Shown in pieces: positions 1-9,669 of a stretch of 64,000 nt of DNA. The position numbers and the translations under genes were made by a program. The notes beneath the pieces are model-generated. The model searched no databases, had not been told where the DNA came from, and saw only the letters and a list, made by a program, of their open reading frames with translations. This DNA is from an uncultured Acidobacteriota bacterium (GTDB taxonomy: Bacteria > Acidobacteriota > Thermoanaerobaculia > Multivoradales > UBA5704), in contig OY969474.1 of NCBI GenBank assembly GCA_963700145.1, positions 3,648,001-3,712,000 of the forward strand, written 5' to 3'. Position 1 is the first letter of the stretch. The number at the start of each line of letters is the position of its first letter.

Positions 1-2375
1 CCGCCGAAACGCTGCCCCACCGACGGGATCGGCGCCGCCGTCGGCCGCGCCGCCAGCACCGCCACCTCCGCCTCCAGCACCTCGCGGGTGAGCTGACGGA
101 GCGGGGTGATGTCGTCGAGGATGTAGATGCCCCGCCCGTGGGTGGCGACGATCAGGTCCGAGTCCCGCGGATGGACGACCAGGTCGCGCACCGCCACCTG
201 GTCGGGGAAGTTGCCGGTGAAGCGCACCCAGCGGGCGCCGCCGTCGACCGAGATGAAGAGCCCGGTCTCGGTGCCCAGGAAGAGGAGGTCGCGGTTGACC
301 GGGTCCTCCTCGACGACGTGGGCGTACCCGGTGACCGCGTCGGTCGCCAGCCCCTGCCAGCTCTTGCCGCCGTCGGTCGTCTTGAAGAGGTAGCTCTTCA
401 TGTCGCCGCGCGCGTGGCCGTCGAAGGTGGCGTAGGCGGTCGCCGCGTCGTGCGCCGAGGCCTCGACGTGCGACACCCAGGTCCCCTTCGGCACCCCCGG
501 CACGGCGGGCGCCGTGTCGGTCCAGGTCTTGCCGCCGTCGCGGGTCACCTGCAGGCGCCCGTCGTCGGTCCCGGCCCAGATCGTCTGCGGGTCCTTCGGC
601 GACTCGGCGATCGAGTAGATCGTGGTGTGGTTCTCGGCCGTCGAGTTGTCGCGGGTCAGGCCGCCGGACTCGCGCTGCTTCTGCTTGGCCAGGTCGTTGG
701 TCGTCAGGTCCGGCGAGATGCGCTCCCAGCTGTCGCCGCGGTCGCGCGAGCGGAAGAGGAACTGCGAGCCGAGGTAGACCGTCCCCTTCTGGCTCGGCGA
801 GAGGTGGATCGGCGTGTTCCAGTTGAAGCGGAAGTCGGGCTCCCCCTTGCGCGGCTGCGGCTTGATGTCGCGCGCCTCGCCGGTCGTCATGTGGACCCGG
901 CCGATGTTGCCGCCCTGGAACTCGACGTAGACGTAGTCCGGCTCCGCCGCGTCGCGGAAGGCGTGGAAGCCGTCGCCGAAGTAGAGGTCCTTCCAGTCGC
1001 GGCTGGCGACGCCGCCGGAAGAGCTCGAGGGCCCGGTCCAGGTGCCGTTGTCCTGCAGCCCGCCGTAGACGTTGTAGGGGAAGTCGAGGTCGTAGCTGAC
1101 CTCGTAGAACTGCGACACCGGCAGCGTCTCGACGAAGCGCCAGTGGTGGGCGCGGTCGTGCGAGACGTAGACCCCGCCGTCGGTGCCGAGGAGCATCTCG
1201 TGCGGGTTCTTGGGGTTGATCCAGAGCGCGTGGTGGTCGCCGTGGACCCCGAGGCTGAAGCCGCCGCCGGCGAACGGCGAGTTGAAGCTCTTGCCGCCGT
1301 CGGTCGAGATGGTCAAGGTCAGCCCGGGCTTGTAGACGTAGTCGTGGTCGGTCGGGTCGACGACGATGTGCGAGAAGTAGAAGGGCCGCATCTGGATATT
1401 GAACGAGGAGTTGACCTCCTCCCAGGTGTGGCCGGTGTCGTCCGAGCGGTAGAGCGCGGTCTTCTCGGCCTCGACGGTGGCGTAGACGACGCTCGGCCGC
1501 GACGGCGCCACCGCCACCGCGATCCGCCCCTTCTCCCCCTTGGGCAGGCCGGTCTCGAGCTTCTTCCAGGTCTCGCCGCCGTCGCTCGACTTGTAGAGGC
1601 CGCTCCCCTTGCCGCCGGAGTCGAACGACCAGGGGAAGCGCCGGAACTGCCACATGCCGGCGTAGAGAATGCGCGGGTCCTGCGGGTCGACCGAGAGGTC
1701 GGAGCAGCCGGTCTTGGCGTCGACGTGGAGCACCCGCTTCCAGCTCTTGCCGCCGTCGGTCGTCTTGTAGACGCCGCGCTCGTCGTGGTCGTCCCAGAGG
1801 TGGCCGGTGGCGCACACCCAGACGGTCTTGCCGTCCTTCGGGTTGACCTCGATGTCGGCGATCCGCTCGGACTGCTCGAGCCCCAGCCGCTGCCAGCTCT
1901 CGCCGCCGTCGGTCGTCTTGTAGACGCCGTCGCCGACCGAGACGCTGTTGCGGGTGCAGGACTCGCCGGTCCCCACCCAGACGGTCTTGGGGTCGCTCGG
2001 GTCGACGCGCACCGCGCCGATCGACTGCGCGTGGTCGTCGAAGACCGGCTTGAAGGAGACGCCGCCGTCGATCGACTTCCAGACCCCACCCGAGGCGGCG
2101 CCGACGTAGACCGTCAGCGGCGCGGCGGCCACCGCGTCGATGGCGGCGATGCGGCCGCTCATGACCGCCGGTCCGAGGGCGCGGGCGTCGAGGCCGCCGA
2201 AGGTCGCGGAATCGACCTCGGTGGCAACCGGTGCCGGCGCCGCCGGCTCGTCGGGCGCGGCGGGGACGGGAACCGCGGTCGGCGGCGGCGCGGGCGTCTG
2301 GGCCGCGGCCGCCGCCGGCGCGAGGGCGGCGAGGCAGGCCGTCAGGGCGAGGCGGGCGAGCGGTCGCGGGCGCAT
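1..2375 (-). CDS. Secreted VPS10/BNR-repeat beta-propeller protein (glycosyl hydrolase-like); 3' end runs off the window
   Basis: Translated by hand (absent from the ORF track because it is open at the edge): MRPRPLARLALTACLAALAPAAAAAQ signal, then GPAVMSGRIAAID, GGVWKSIDGG, repeated S/TxDGGxS/TW Asp-box motifs, YNVYGGLQDNG, RFNWNTP. Paralog of 5294..8626. Confidence 0.88.
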   Translation of the reverse strand, partial: MRPRPLARLALTACLAALAPAAAAAQTPAPPPTAVPVPAAPDEPAAPAPVATEVDSATFGGLDARALGPAVMSGRIAAIDAVAAAPLTVYVGAASGGVWKSIDGGVSFKPVFDDHAQSIGAVRVDPSDPKTVWVGTGESCTRNSVSVGDGVYKTTDGGESWQRLGLEQSERIADIEVNPKDGKTVWVCATGHLWDDHDERGVYKTTDGGKSWKRVLHVDAKTGCSDLSVDPQDPRILYAGMWQFRRFPWSFDSGGKGSGLYKSSDGGETWKKLETGLPKGEKGRIAVAVAPSRPSVVYATVEAEKTALYRSDDTGHTWEEVNSSFNIQMRPFYFSHIVVDPTDHDYVYKPGLTLTISTDGGKSFNSPFAGGGFSLGVHGDHHALWINPKNPHEMLLGTDGGVYVSHDRAHHWRFVETLPVSQFYEVSYDLDFPYNVYGGLQDNGTWTGPSSSSGGVASRDWKDLYFGDGFHAFRDAAEPDYVYVEFQGGNIGRVHMTTGEARDIKPQPRKGEPDFRFNWNTPIHLSPSQKGTVYLGSQFLFRSRDRGDSWERISPDLTTNDLAKQKQRESGGLTRDNSTAENHTTIYSIAESPKDPQTIWAGTDDGRLQVTRDGGKTWTDTAPAVPGVPKGTWVSHVEASAHDAATAYATFDGHARGDMKSYLFKTTDGGKSWQGLATDAVTGYAHVVEEDPVNRDLLFLGTETGLFISVDGGARWVRFTGNFPDQVAVRDLVVHPRDSDLIVATHGRGIYILDDITPLRQLTREVLEAEVAVLAARPTAAPIPSVGQRFG

Positions 2376-2377
2376 GG

Positions 2378-3127
2378 TCAGCTCGGCTTGGCCGCTTCCT
2401 TCGCCGGCGGCATGGCGAAGCGGTCGGCGGCGATCTCGGGGTTGAGCTCCACCTTCTCGATCACGATCTGCTGCCCCTGCGGCATCCCCTTGGGCTTGAT
2501 CTCCAGCGAGTACGGCATGATGAACCCGCCGCCGGCGTCCTTGTAGTCGCCGTAGAAGGTCTCGAACTCCATCTCCTGGCCGCGGCGCACGCTCTTGCCC
2601 TCGGCCTTGAGCTCGAGGAAGGCGTCGGCGTCGAGGTAGATGGTGACGACGTCGCCGTTCTTCTTGGTCACCTTGAGCTTGTGCGCCGGGGTGCCCTCGA
2701 CGTCGCCCTTGCCCAGGTACTCGACCTGGTGCCCCTTCTCCTTGTAGTCGACGAGCGGGCCGTCGATGTCGGCCTGGTCCTCCATCTGCTTGAGGTCCTC
2801 GGGCGACATCTTCTCGGGCTCGGTCTTGCCGATGAAGGGCATCACCGCCCAGCCGGTCGTGCCGTCGTAGCCCTGGATGCCGGTCATGCCCTGGACGGTG
2901 AACTCCATGCGCATGCTGTTGGGGCGCTTGAACTCCAGCTGCATCGGCATGTCCATGCCGCCGCCGACGATCTTGCCGGTCATGCGCATGCTCTGGACGC
3001 CCTTGATCTTCTCGAGGCCGCCGTGGGCCTGGATGTTCTTCTGGATCAGCTCGTCGGCCGTCTGGGCCGAGGCGAGCGCAGCCACCGCGAAGGCGGCGAG
3101 CAGACAGACGAGGCTTCTACGCAACAT
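2378..3127 (-). CDS. Secreted LolA-like / outer-membrane lipoprotein-sorting family protein
   Basis: Signal peptide ending ASA-Q; ADELIQKNIQAHGGLEKIKGVQS and GYDGTTGW motifs; RBS AGGAGA; 2 bp upstream of the VPS10-like gene. Confidence 0.7.
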   Translation of the reverse strand: MLRRSLVCLLAAFAVAALASAQTADELIQKNIQAHGGLEKIKGVQSMRMTGKIVGGGMDMPMQLEFKRPNSMRMEFTVQGMTGIQGYDGTTGWAVMPFIGKTEPEKMSPEDLKQMEDQADIDGPLVDYKEKGHQVEYLGKGDVEGTPAHKLKVTKKNGDVVTIYLDADAFLELKAEGKSVRRGQEMEFETFYGDYKDAGGGFIMPYSLEIKPKGMPQGQQIVIEKVELNPEIAADRFAMPPAKEAAKPS

Positions 3128-3181
3128 CGTTGGGTCTCCTTGCGGTTTTTCGAACCGATGGGAACGACGGTTGTGCCGTCT

Positions 3182-5251
3182 CTACTGTATTACGCCGCGG
3201 GCCTCCGCGGGTTGCAGCGGGTGCTCTTCCACGTACCGCCGCGCCTCCCTGCTCCCGTGCCGGAAGAGCTGGTGCGGCACGAGCTCGGTGCGGAACGGCG
3301 CCGTGCGATCGCGCAGGGCCGCGAGGGCCGCCTCGACGGCCCGGAAGCCCATCTCGCGGGGCGTCTGCCCGGTCACGGCCTGCAGGACCTCGTCGGGGGC
3401 GAGGAGCATCTCGGCCAGACGCGGGCTGACGTCGGTCCCCCACACCCGGACGCGCCCCGCCCGCCCGCTCGCCCGCACGGCGCCGACCAAGTGCTCGGTG
3501 CCGCACTCGTTGGCGGACCAGAAGAGCTCGACCTCCGGATGCTCGCGCAGGAGCTCCTCCGCGGCCCGGGCGCACGACTCCCGCTCGCCCTTGGTGCGGT
3601 ACGCCGCCTCGGTCCAGGCGATCCCCGCCTCGTCGAGCCCGGCGCGGAAGCCCGCCACGCGCCAGTAGCACCCCTCGAAGTCGCAGGCCTTGAGGATGCC
3701 CACCCGGGCGGCGTCGCGCACGGCCTGCGGCTGGTGGAGCAGCCAACGGGCCAGCGCGCGCCCGCTTTCCTGACCGAGGGCGAGCTGGTCGCTCTCGTAG
3801 TTGGCCGCGACCAGGCGCTCGGCGTGGGCCGCGTCGAGGCAGTGGTCGTAGCAGACGACGACCACGCCCGCCGCGAAGGCCGCGCGGACGAGGGGCGCCG
3901 AGCGATGCTCGTCCTGCGGCACCATGACGATGGCGTCGACGCCGCGGTCCAGGTACTCGCGGACGATCGCGGCCTCGCGCTCGAGCTCGCTGCCCGCGCC
4001 CGCCGAGGCCATGCGCACGACGAGCCGCGCGTCGCGCCCCGCGGCCTCGCGGGCGCCGTCGAGGATCTCGCGGAAGAAGTGCTGCTCGTCGTCGACGATG
4101 ACGCCGAGCGTGAACGGGCGGGCGCCGGCGGCCGCCGGGGCGGGGGGGTCGAGCAGGGCGTGCTCCAGGCCGCGGGCGCTGCGCAGCTGCTCGCGCGAGG
4201 GCAGGAAGGCCTGCCGCAGGTCGGCGCCGCGCACCTCGGTCCCCTCGAACCGGGTGCGGCCGTCCAGGCGGGCCTTGCGCAGCAGGGCGCCGCCGAGCCG
4301 CGCGTGGAAGAGCTCGGCGCCGCGCAGGTCGGCGCGCGCCAGGTTGGCCTTCTCGAGGCCGGCGTAGGCGAGGACGGCGCCGCGCAGGTCGGCGCCGGTG
4401 AGCCGTGCGCCCGCCAGGCGGGCGTGCCAGAGATCGGCGCCGCGCAGGTCCGCTTCGTTGAGGTTGGCCCCCGAGAGGTCGGCCGCGCGCAGGCTCGCCC
4501 CCCGCAGGTCGGCGCGGAAGAGGTCGGCGCCGCGCAGGTCCGCGCCGGCCAGCGTCGCCGCCCCGAGCGACGCGCCGGCGAGGCGGGCCCGGGAGAGCCG
4601 CGCGTGCGACAGCTCGGCGCCCGGCAGGCGGGCCCGCGCGAGATCGGCGCCGTCCAGGCGGGCACCCGTCAGGTCGGCGCCCCGGCGCCGGAAGAGACCC
4701 GGGGCGAAGGAGCCCAAGAGGCTCCCGCCCGGCAGGCGGTAGCAGCGGTCGAGCCGCAGCCCGGCGAGCTGGCCCCCGGCCGCGTCGAGGCCTTCGAGAC
4801 TCAGGCAGTCCTTGTTGAGCCGCTCGAGGGCGTCGATGCGGGCGTGGCTGTAGCGCTGGCCCCGCGCCTGGTCCACCGTGTTCCAGGCCTCGTAGTCGCG
4901 CTGCTTGCGGCGCTCGGGGAGCTCGACGAAGAACGAGACGATGGCGAGCAGGATCGCCAGCCGGCCGACGTACTCGAGCAGCGAGAACAGCGACAGGTTC
5001 TGCAGCCACTCGACCACGCGCTCGGTGTAGTGCTCGAGCAGCCACCTCGGCGCCTTCCGCCGCGTCGAGAGCTCGAGCAGGCCGCCGTAGGTGTCGGCGC
5101 TCAACCCGAGACGCTCCGCCTCGCGCAGGAGCTTGATCTTGCGGCGGACCGGGTCGTCCTCGGCCAGCACCGCGGCGAAGCTCTGCAGGAGGTCCTGCAG
5201 CTCGACCTCGGCCTGCGGGTTCGCCGCAGGCGGACGTAGGGGGTTTTCCAT
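3182..5251 (-). CDS. Membrane-anchored pentapeptide-repeat protein fused to a C-terminal RbsB/LacI-type sugar-binding domain
   Basis: One TM (LAILLAIVSFFV); long run of A(D/N/R)LxG pentapeptides; then HFFREILDGAREAA, GVDAIVMVP, NYESDQLALG, WSANE, VWGTD, QTPREMGFRAV. Confidence 0.8.
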   Translation of the reverse strand: MENPLRPPAANPQAEVELQDLLQSFAAVLAEDDPVRRKIKLLREAERLGLSADTYGGLLELSTRRKAPRWLLEHYTERVVEWLQNLSLFSLLEYVGRLAILLAIVSFFVELPERRKQRDYEAWNTVDQARGQRYSHARIDALERLNKDCLSLEGLDAAGGQLAGLRLDRCYRLPGGSLLGSFAPGLFRRRGADLTGARLDGADLARARLPGAELSHARLSRARLAGASLGAATLAGADLRGADLFRADLRGASLRAADLSGANLNEADLRGADLWHARLAGARLTGADLRGAVLAYAGLEKANLARADLRGAELFHARLGGALLRKARLDGRTRFEGTEVRGADLRQAFLPSREQLRSARGLEHALLDPPAPAAAGARPFTLGVIVDDEQHFFREILDGAREAAGRDARLVVRMASAGAGSELEREAAIVREYLDRGVDAIVMVPQDEHRSAPLVRAAFAAGVVVVCYDHCLDAAHAERLVAANYESDQLALGQESGRALARWLLHQPQAVRDAARVGILKACDFEGCYWRVAGFRAGLDEAGIAWTEAAYRTKGERESCARAAEELLREHPEVELFWSANECGTEHLVGAVRASGRAGRVRVWGTDVSPRLAEMLLAPDEVLQAVTGQTPREMGFRAVEAALAALRDRTAPFRTELVPHQLFRHGSREARRYVEEHPLQPAEARGVIQ

Positions 5252-5293
5252 GCGCGGCGCTTGAGGGCTGCGGGAAGCTTACACTCTGCCGCC

Positions 5294-8200
5294 ATGATCG
5301 CGACCCCCTGCCGTCCTTTCCGTCCCGCCTTCGCCCTCGCCGCGCTCCTGCTTCCCCTGCCGGCCGCCGCGGCGGCCGGCGTCGATCCCGCGCTCCTCGC
5401 CGGCATGAAGGCGCGCGCGATCGGCCCCGCCGCGATGAGCGGCCGCGTCGCCGCCGTCGAAGGCGTCCCCGCCGATCCCGACCAGCTCTGGGTCGGGGCG
5501 TCGACCGGCGGGGTCTGGAAGTCGACCGACGGCGGCGTCACCTTCACGCCGGTCTTCGACGACCAGCCGGTGGCGGCGATCGGCGCGGTGGCGGTCTCGC
5601 CGGCCAACCCGTCCATCGTCTGGGTGGGGACCGGCGAGGGCAACCCGCGCAACAGCGCCTCGGTGGGCAACGGCGTTTACCGCTCCGAGGACGGCGGCCG
5701 CACCTGGCGGCATCGCGGCCTCGAGGAGACCGAGCGCATCCACCGCATCGTGCTGCATCCGACCGACCCCGACACCGCCTGGGTCGCCGCCCTCGGGCGC
5801 GCCTGGGGCGAGAACGCCGAGCGCGGCGTTTTCAAGACGACCGACGGCGGCGCCACCTGGCGCAAGGTCCTCTACGTCGACGAGCGCACCGGCGCCGCGG
5901 ATCTCGCGGCCGACCCGTCCAACCCGCAGAAGCTCTTCGCGGCGATGTGGCAGTACCGGCGCTGGCCCTGGTTCTTCCGCTCGGGAGGCCCGGGCTCGGG
6001 GCTCTACGTCACCCACGACGGCGGTACCTCTTGGCGGCGGGCGACGGCAGAGGACGGCATGCCGGCCGGCGACCTCGGGCGGATCGGCGTCGCCGTCTCG
6101 CGCTCCGATCCGCGCGTCGTCTACGCCCTGGTCGAGGCCGCGGAGAGCGCGTTCCTGCGCTCCGACGACGGCGGCCGCTCGTGGAAGAAGGTCAACACCC
6201 GGAAGGACGTCTCGCCGCGCCCCTTCTACTACGCCGACCTGCGCGTCGATCCCGACAACGCCAACCGCGTCTACCGGCTGTGGAGCCTCCTCGACGTCTC
6301 CAACGACGGCGGCAAGACCTGGGAGCCTCTCCTCGCCTGGGGCAAGGTCCACTCCGACCACCACGCGCTCTGGATCCACCCGGAGGACGGCAGCTTCATG
6401 GTCAACGGCAACGACGGCGGCGTCGCGGTGACGCGCGACCGCGGCGGCTCGTGGCGCTACGTCGGCAACCTGCCGCTCGCCCAGTTCTACCACGTGCGCG
6501 TCGACCAGGAGGTGCCCTACAACGTCTACGGCGGCCTGCAGGACAACGGCTCCTGGAAGGGCCCCGGCGCGGTGTGGGAGAACGGTGGGATCAGGAACCA
6601 CCACTGGCAGGAGGTGGGCTCCGGCGACGGCTTCGACACCGTCCCCGACCCGCGCGACGCGAGGCGCGGCTACTCCATGAGCCAGGAGGGGTACCTCGTC
6701 CGCTACGACCTCGCGACCGGTGAGCGGAAGAGCATCCGGCCGGCGGCCCCGCCGGGCGTGCCGCTGCGCTTCAACTGGAACGCCGGCATCGCCATCGACC
6801 CCTTCGCGCCGGACACGATCTACTACGGCAGCCAGTTCGTGCACCGCTCGACCGACCGCGGCGAGACCTGGACCACCATCAGCCCCGACCTGACGACCAA
6901 CAAGCCGGAGTGGCAGCGGCAGAAGCAGAGCGGCGGCCTGACGCCCGACGTCACCGGCGCCGAGAACTTCACCACCATCGTCGCGCTCGCGCCCTCGCCG
7001 CTCGAGCGCGGCCTCCTCTGGGCCGGCACCGACGACGGCCGCCTGCACGTCACCCGCGACGGCGGCGGCACCTGGACGAGCGTCGAGAAGCACGTCAAGG
7101 GCGTCCCGGCCAACACCTGGATCCCGCACGTCGTGCCGTCACTGCACGACGCCGGCACGGCGTTCGTCGTCTTCGACGACCACCGGCGCTCCAACTGGAC
7201 GCCCTACGTCTACAAGACGACCGACTACGGCCGCACCTGGACGAGCCTCGCGACCAAGGAGCTGCGCGGCTACGCCCTGGCGGTCGCGCAGGACGCGGTC
7301 GACCCCGACCTCCTTTTCCTCGGCACCGAGCTCGGGCTCTGGACCTCGCTCGACGGCGGCAGGAGCTGGCTGCCCTGGCGGCACGGCGTGCCGACGGTCT
7401 CGGTCATGGACCTGGCCGTCCATCCGCGCGACCACGACCTGATCGTGGCGACGCACGGCCGCGCCCTCTACGTCCTCGACGACCTGGCGCCGCTGCGCAC
7501 CCTCTCGGCCGAGACGATGAAGGCGCCGCTCCACCTCTTCCCGGCCTCGCCGGCGGTGCAGTACATGGTGCGGCAGACCGGCTCGTCGCGCTTTCCCGGG
7601 CACACCGAGTTCACGGGCGAGAACGAGCCGTACGGCGCGGTCCTGACCTACTCGCTCAACCTCCCCGGCCTGCCGCACCCGGACACCGAGCGCGAGCGGC
7701 AGAAGAAGGAGGAGGAGCGGGAGAAGGAGCTGGCGCGGCGGCGGAGCGAGGCGCCGGTGGGGGAGGCCGGGGAGGAGGTGCCGGCGGCGGTCGTCAAGGA
7801 GCCGCCGGCGGGCGCCGAAGCGGCGGCGGCGTACGGGCCGCCGGGCGAGGGGCCGCAGGCGACGATCGAGGTGCGCGACGCGGCGGGGACGCTGCTGCGC
7901 ACCTTCAAGGGCCCGGCGAAGCTCGGGGTCAACCGCGCCGTCTGGGACCTGGCGACCGATGCACCCAAGTACCCGGGCGATGCGCCGGTCTGGTGGGCCC
8001 CCGGCGGGCCGGAGGTGCCGCCGGGCACCTATCAGATCAAGGTCAAGCAGGGCGACCACGAGGCGACGGGGCAGGTGGAGGTCGTCCCCGATCCGCGGCG
8101 GCCGTTCGACGCCGAGGCGCGCCGCGCCAACTGGGAGGCGCAGCGCCGGCTCGGCCGGCTCCAGGACCGCACGGCGGAGGCGGTCGAGCGGGTGCGGCGG

Positions 8201-8626
8201 AGCGCGGCCGATATCGACACTTTGCTGGCGCGCACCAAGCCGCAGGAGAAGGAGGGCGAGAGCGCCGAGGCCAAGGCCAAGCACGACGCCCACAAGGAGC
8301 TGGCGAAGGAGGCCGGGAAGGTCAAGAAGGGGCTCGAGAAGCTCGAGGCGCGCCTCTGGCAGGGCGCCGACACCAAGGGCATCCCCCCGCCCGACGACGC
8401 CCTGTCGCAGATCCAGACCGTGCAGTGGCTCCTGAGCTCGACCTATGACCCGCCGACCGCGGCGCAGACCGCCTACCTGGCGGAGGCCGAGACGACCCTG
8501 CGGACGGCGCTGGCCGAGGTCAACAAGTTCCTCGCCGAAGACCTCGCCGCCTTCCGCAAGAAGCTCCAGGAGAGCGACTTGCGGCTGCTCCAGGAGCTGC
8601 CGCCGCTGGCGATCGAGGTGGAGTAG
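5294..8626 (+). CDS. Secreted VPS10/BNR-repeat beta-propeller protein (glycosyl hydrolase-like)
   Basis: ATG 5294 precedes a signal peptide; IGPAAMSGRVAAV, many SxDGGxTW Asp-boxes, YGGLQDNGSW, C-terminal helical tail. Confidence 0.9.
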   Translation: MIATPCRPFRPAFALAALLLPLPAAAAAGVDPALLAGMKARAIGPAAMSGRVAAVEGVPADPDQLWVGASTGGVWKSTDGGVTFTPVFDDQPVAAIGAVAVSPANPSIVWVGTGEGNPRNSASVGNGVYRSEDGGRTWRHRGLEETERIHRIVLHPTDPDTAWVAALGRAWGENAERGVFKTTDGGATWRKVLYVDERTGAADLAADPSNPQKLFAAMWQYRRWPWFFRSGGPGSGLYVTHDGGTSWRRATAEDGMPAGDLGRIGVAVSRSDPRVVYALVEAAESAFLRSDDGGRSWKKVNTRKDVSPRPFYYADLRVDPDNANRVYRLWSLLDVSNDGGKTWEPLLAWGKVHSDHHALWIHPEDGSFMVNGNDGGVAVTRDRGGSWRYVGNLPLAQFYHVRVDQEVPYNVYGGLQDNGSWKGPGAVWENGGIRNHHWQEVGSGDGFDTVPDPRDARRGYSMSQEGYLVRYDLATGERKSIRPAAPPGVPLRFNWNAGIAIDPFAPDTIYYGSQFVHRSTDRGETWTTISPDLTTNKPEWQRQKQSGGLTPDVTGAENFTTIVALAPSPLERGLLWAGTDDGRLHVTRDGGGTWTSVEKHVKGVPANTWIPHVVPSLHDAGTAFVVFDDHRRSNWTPYVYKTTDYGRTWTSLATKELRGYALAVAQDAVDPDLLFLGTELGLWTSLDGGRSWLPWRHGVPTVSVMDLAVHPRDHDLIVATHGRALYVLDDLAPLRTLSAETMKAPLHLFPASPAVQYMVRQTGSSRFPGHTEFTGENEPYGAVLTYSLNLPGLPHPDTERERQKKEEEREKELARRRSEAPVGEAGEEVPAAVVKEPPAGAEAAAAYGPPGEGPQATIEVRDAAGTLLRTFKGPAKLGVNRAVWDLATDAPKYPGDAPVWWAPGGPEVPPGTYQIKVKQGDHEATGQVEVVPDPRRPFDAEARRANWEAQRRLGRLQDRTAEAVERVRRSAADIDTLLARTKPQEKEGESAEAKAKHDAHKELAKEAGKVKKGLEKLEARLWQGADTKGIPPPDDALSQIQTVQWLLSSTYDPPTAAQTAYLAEAETTLRTALAEVNKFLAEDLAAFRKKLQESDLRLLQELPPLAIEVE

Positions 8627-8629
8627 GGG

Positions 8630-9000
8630 AAATGCACCATTCCGGCGCCGTTTTGCACCATCCGGAGGCCGGAAACGAGGGAACGGGCGCTCGGGAGGCC
8701 CCCTCGGCGCCCGCCGGAGGCGCCGCGGAGAGAGAAATGCACCCCGCGGAGCCTGCGGGGTGCACCGCGGGCGCTGAGGAAGGCGCCGCAGCACCATTTA
8801 TGCACCATTTTCCGCCGGCTTTGCACCATTTTGGTCCCGCGGCAGGCTCCCGAGGCCCCGCGGCGTCCTCCGGAGGTGTCGCGGCAGGCCGCTGAGCCCT
8901 CGTTTGGTGCATAGCGGGCGAAAAGTGGTGCACCTTTCCGTCTGAGGATATATCCTCAGGCGCCGGGGGGTGCATTCCTGGCCCCGCATGGTGCATTTTT
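8630..9000. repeat. Intergenic array of TGCACC/GGTGCA boxes on a strict 21-bp lattice
   Basis: TGCACC at 8633, 8654, 8738, 8801, 8822; GGTGCA at 8759, 8906, 8927, 8969, 8990; all congruent mod 21. Perfect palindrome CTGAGGATATATCCTCAG at 8942-8959. Confidence 0.8.
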
Positions 9001-9019
9001 CCTCCGGAGGAGACATCCC

Positions 9020-9271
9020 ATGCCGACGCGCCGCGCCAACATCTACGTCGACGAAGACCTGATCGCCCGCTGCATGCGCTGCACGGGCCACCGAACGAAG
9101 AAGGCGGTGATCGAGGAGGGGCTCCGGGCCCTCCTCCGCCTCGACGGCCAGCGCCAGGTGCGCGACCTGCGCGGCCGGCTGGTCTGGGAGGACCCGGCGA
9201 CGCAGCCGGCGACCCCGCCGGAGCCCGCGCCGGCGGCGGCGGCAGGGGGCGGCGATGCGGACCCTCGTTGA
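9020..9271 (+). CDS. vapB: Type II antitoxin, VapB family (RHH)
   Basis: RANIYVDEDLIARCMRCTGHRTKKAVIEEGLRALLR..LRGRLVWE; GGAGG RBS; overlaps the PIN toxin gene. Confidence 0.8.
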   Translation: MPTRRANIYVDEDLIARCMRCTGHRTKKAVIEEGLRALLRLDGQRQVRDLRGRLVWEDPATQPATPPEPAPAAAAGGGDADPR

Positions 9272-9668
9272 CGCCTCGGTCTGGATCCCCTACTTCACCG
9301 GCCGCCGCTCGCCGCGCGCCGACTGGCTCGACGCCACCCTCGGCCGCGCCGCCCTCCTCGTCGCCGACCTGACTCTCCTAGAGGTCCTCCGCGGCCTCCC
9401 CGACGCCGCCGACCGCGAGAAGGCCCGCGCGGCCCTCCTAAAGTTCCCGGTGATCCCGACCGGCGGCCACGACGCGGCCCTCAAAGCCGCCGCCCACCTC
9501 CGCGCCCTCACCGCCGCCGGCGCCCCCCAGCCGCCTCTACCGCAGACCCTCATCGCCACCGCCTGCTTGGCGAACGACCTCCACCTCCTCCACGACGACC
9601 CGGCGTACGAGCCCTTCGAGCAGCACCTCGGGCTCGCAACGCCGGGGACGGTGGTGGAGATGTGGTGA
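9255..9668 (+). CDS. vapC: PIN-domain toxin VapC
   Basis: LVDASVWI, EVLRG, LIATAC..LLHDDPAY PIN motifs. The third acidic residue appears replaced (PQTLIA instead of xDxLIA). Confidence 0.8.
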   Translation: MRTLVDASVWIPYFTGRRSPRADWLDATLGRAALLVADLTLLEVLRGLPDAADREKARAALLKFPVIPTGGHDAALKAAAHLRALTAAGAPQPPLPQTLIATACLANDLHLLHDDPAYEPFEQHLGLATPGTVVEMW

Positions 9669-9669
9669 C

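Noticed and set aside
8520-8996. Small MHH-repeat ORFs (8632..8895 + and 8520..8996 -)
   Set aside because: Arise from ATGCACCA boxes on both strands; no coding signature.
8630-9000. NtrC enhancer with a sigma54 promoter
   Set aside because: TGCACCATTTTGGTCCC at 8822 resembles an NtrC site, but other boxes are unpaired half-sites and the nearest TGG..GC candidate (8979-8994) has 11 rather than 10 bp spacing.
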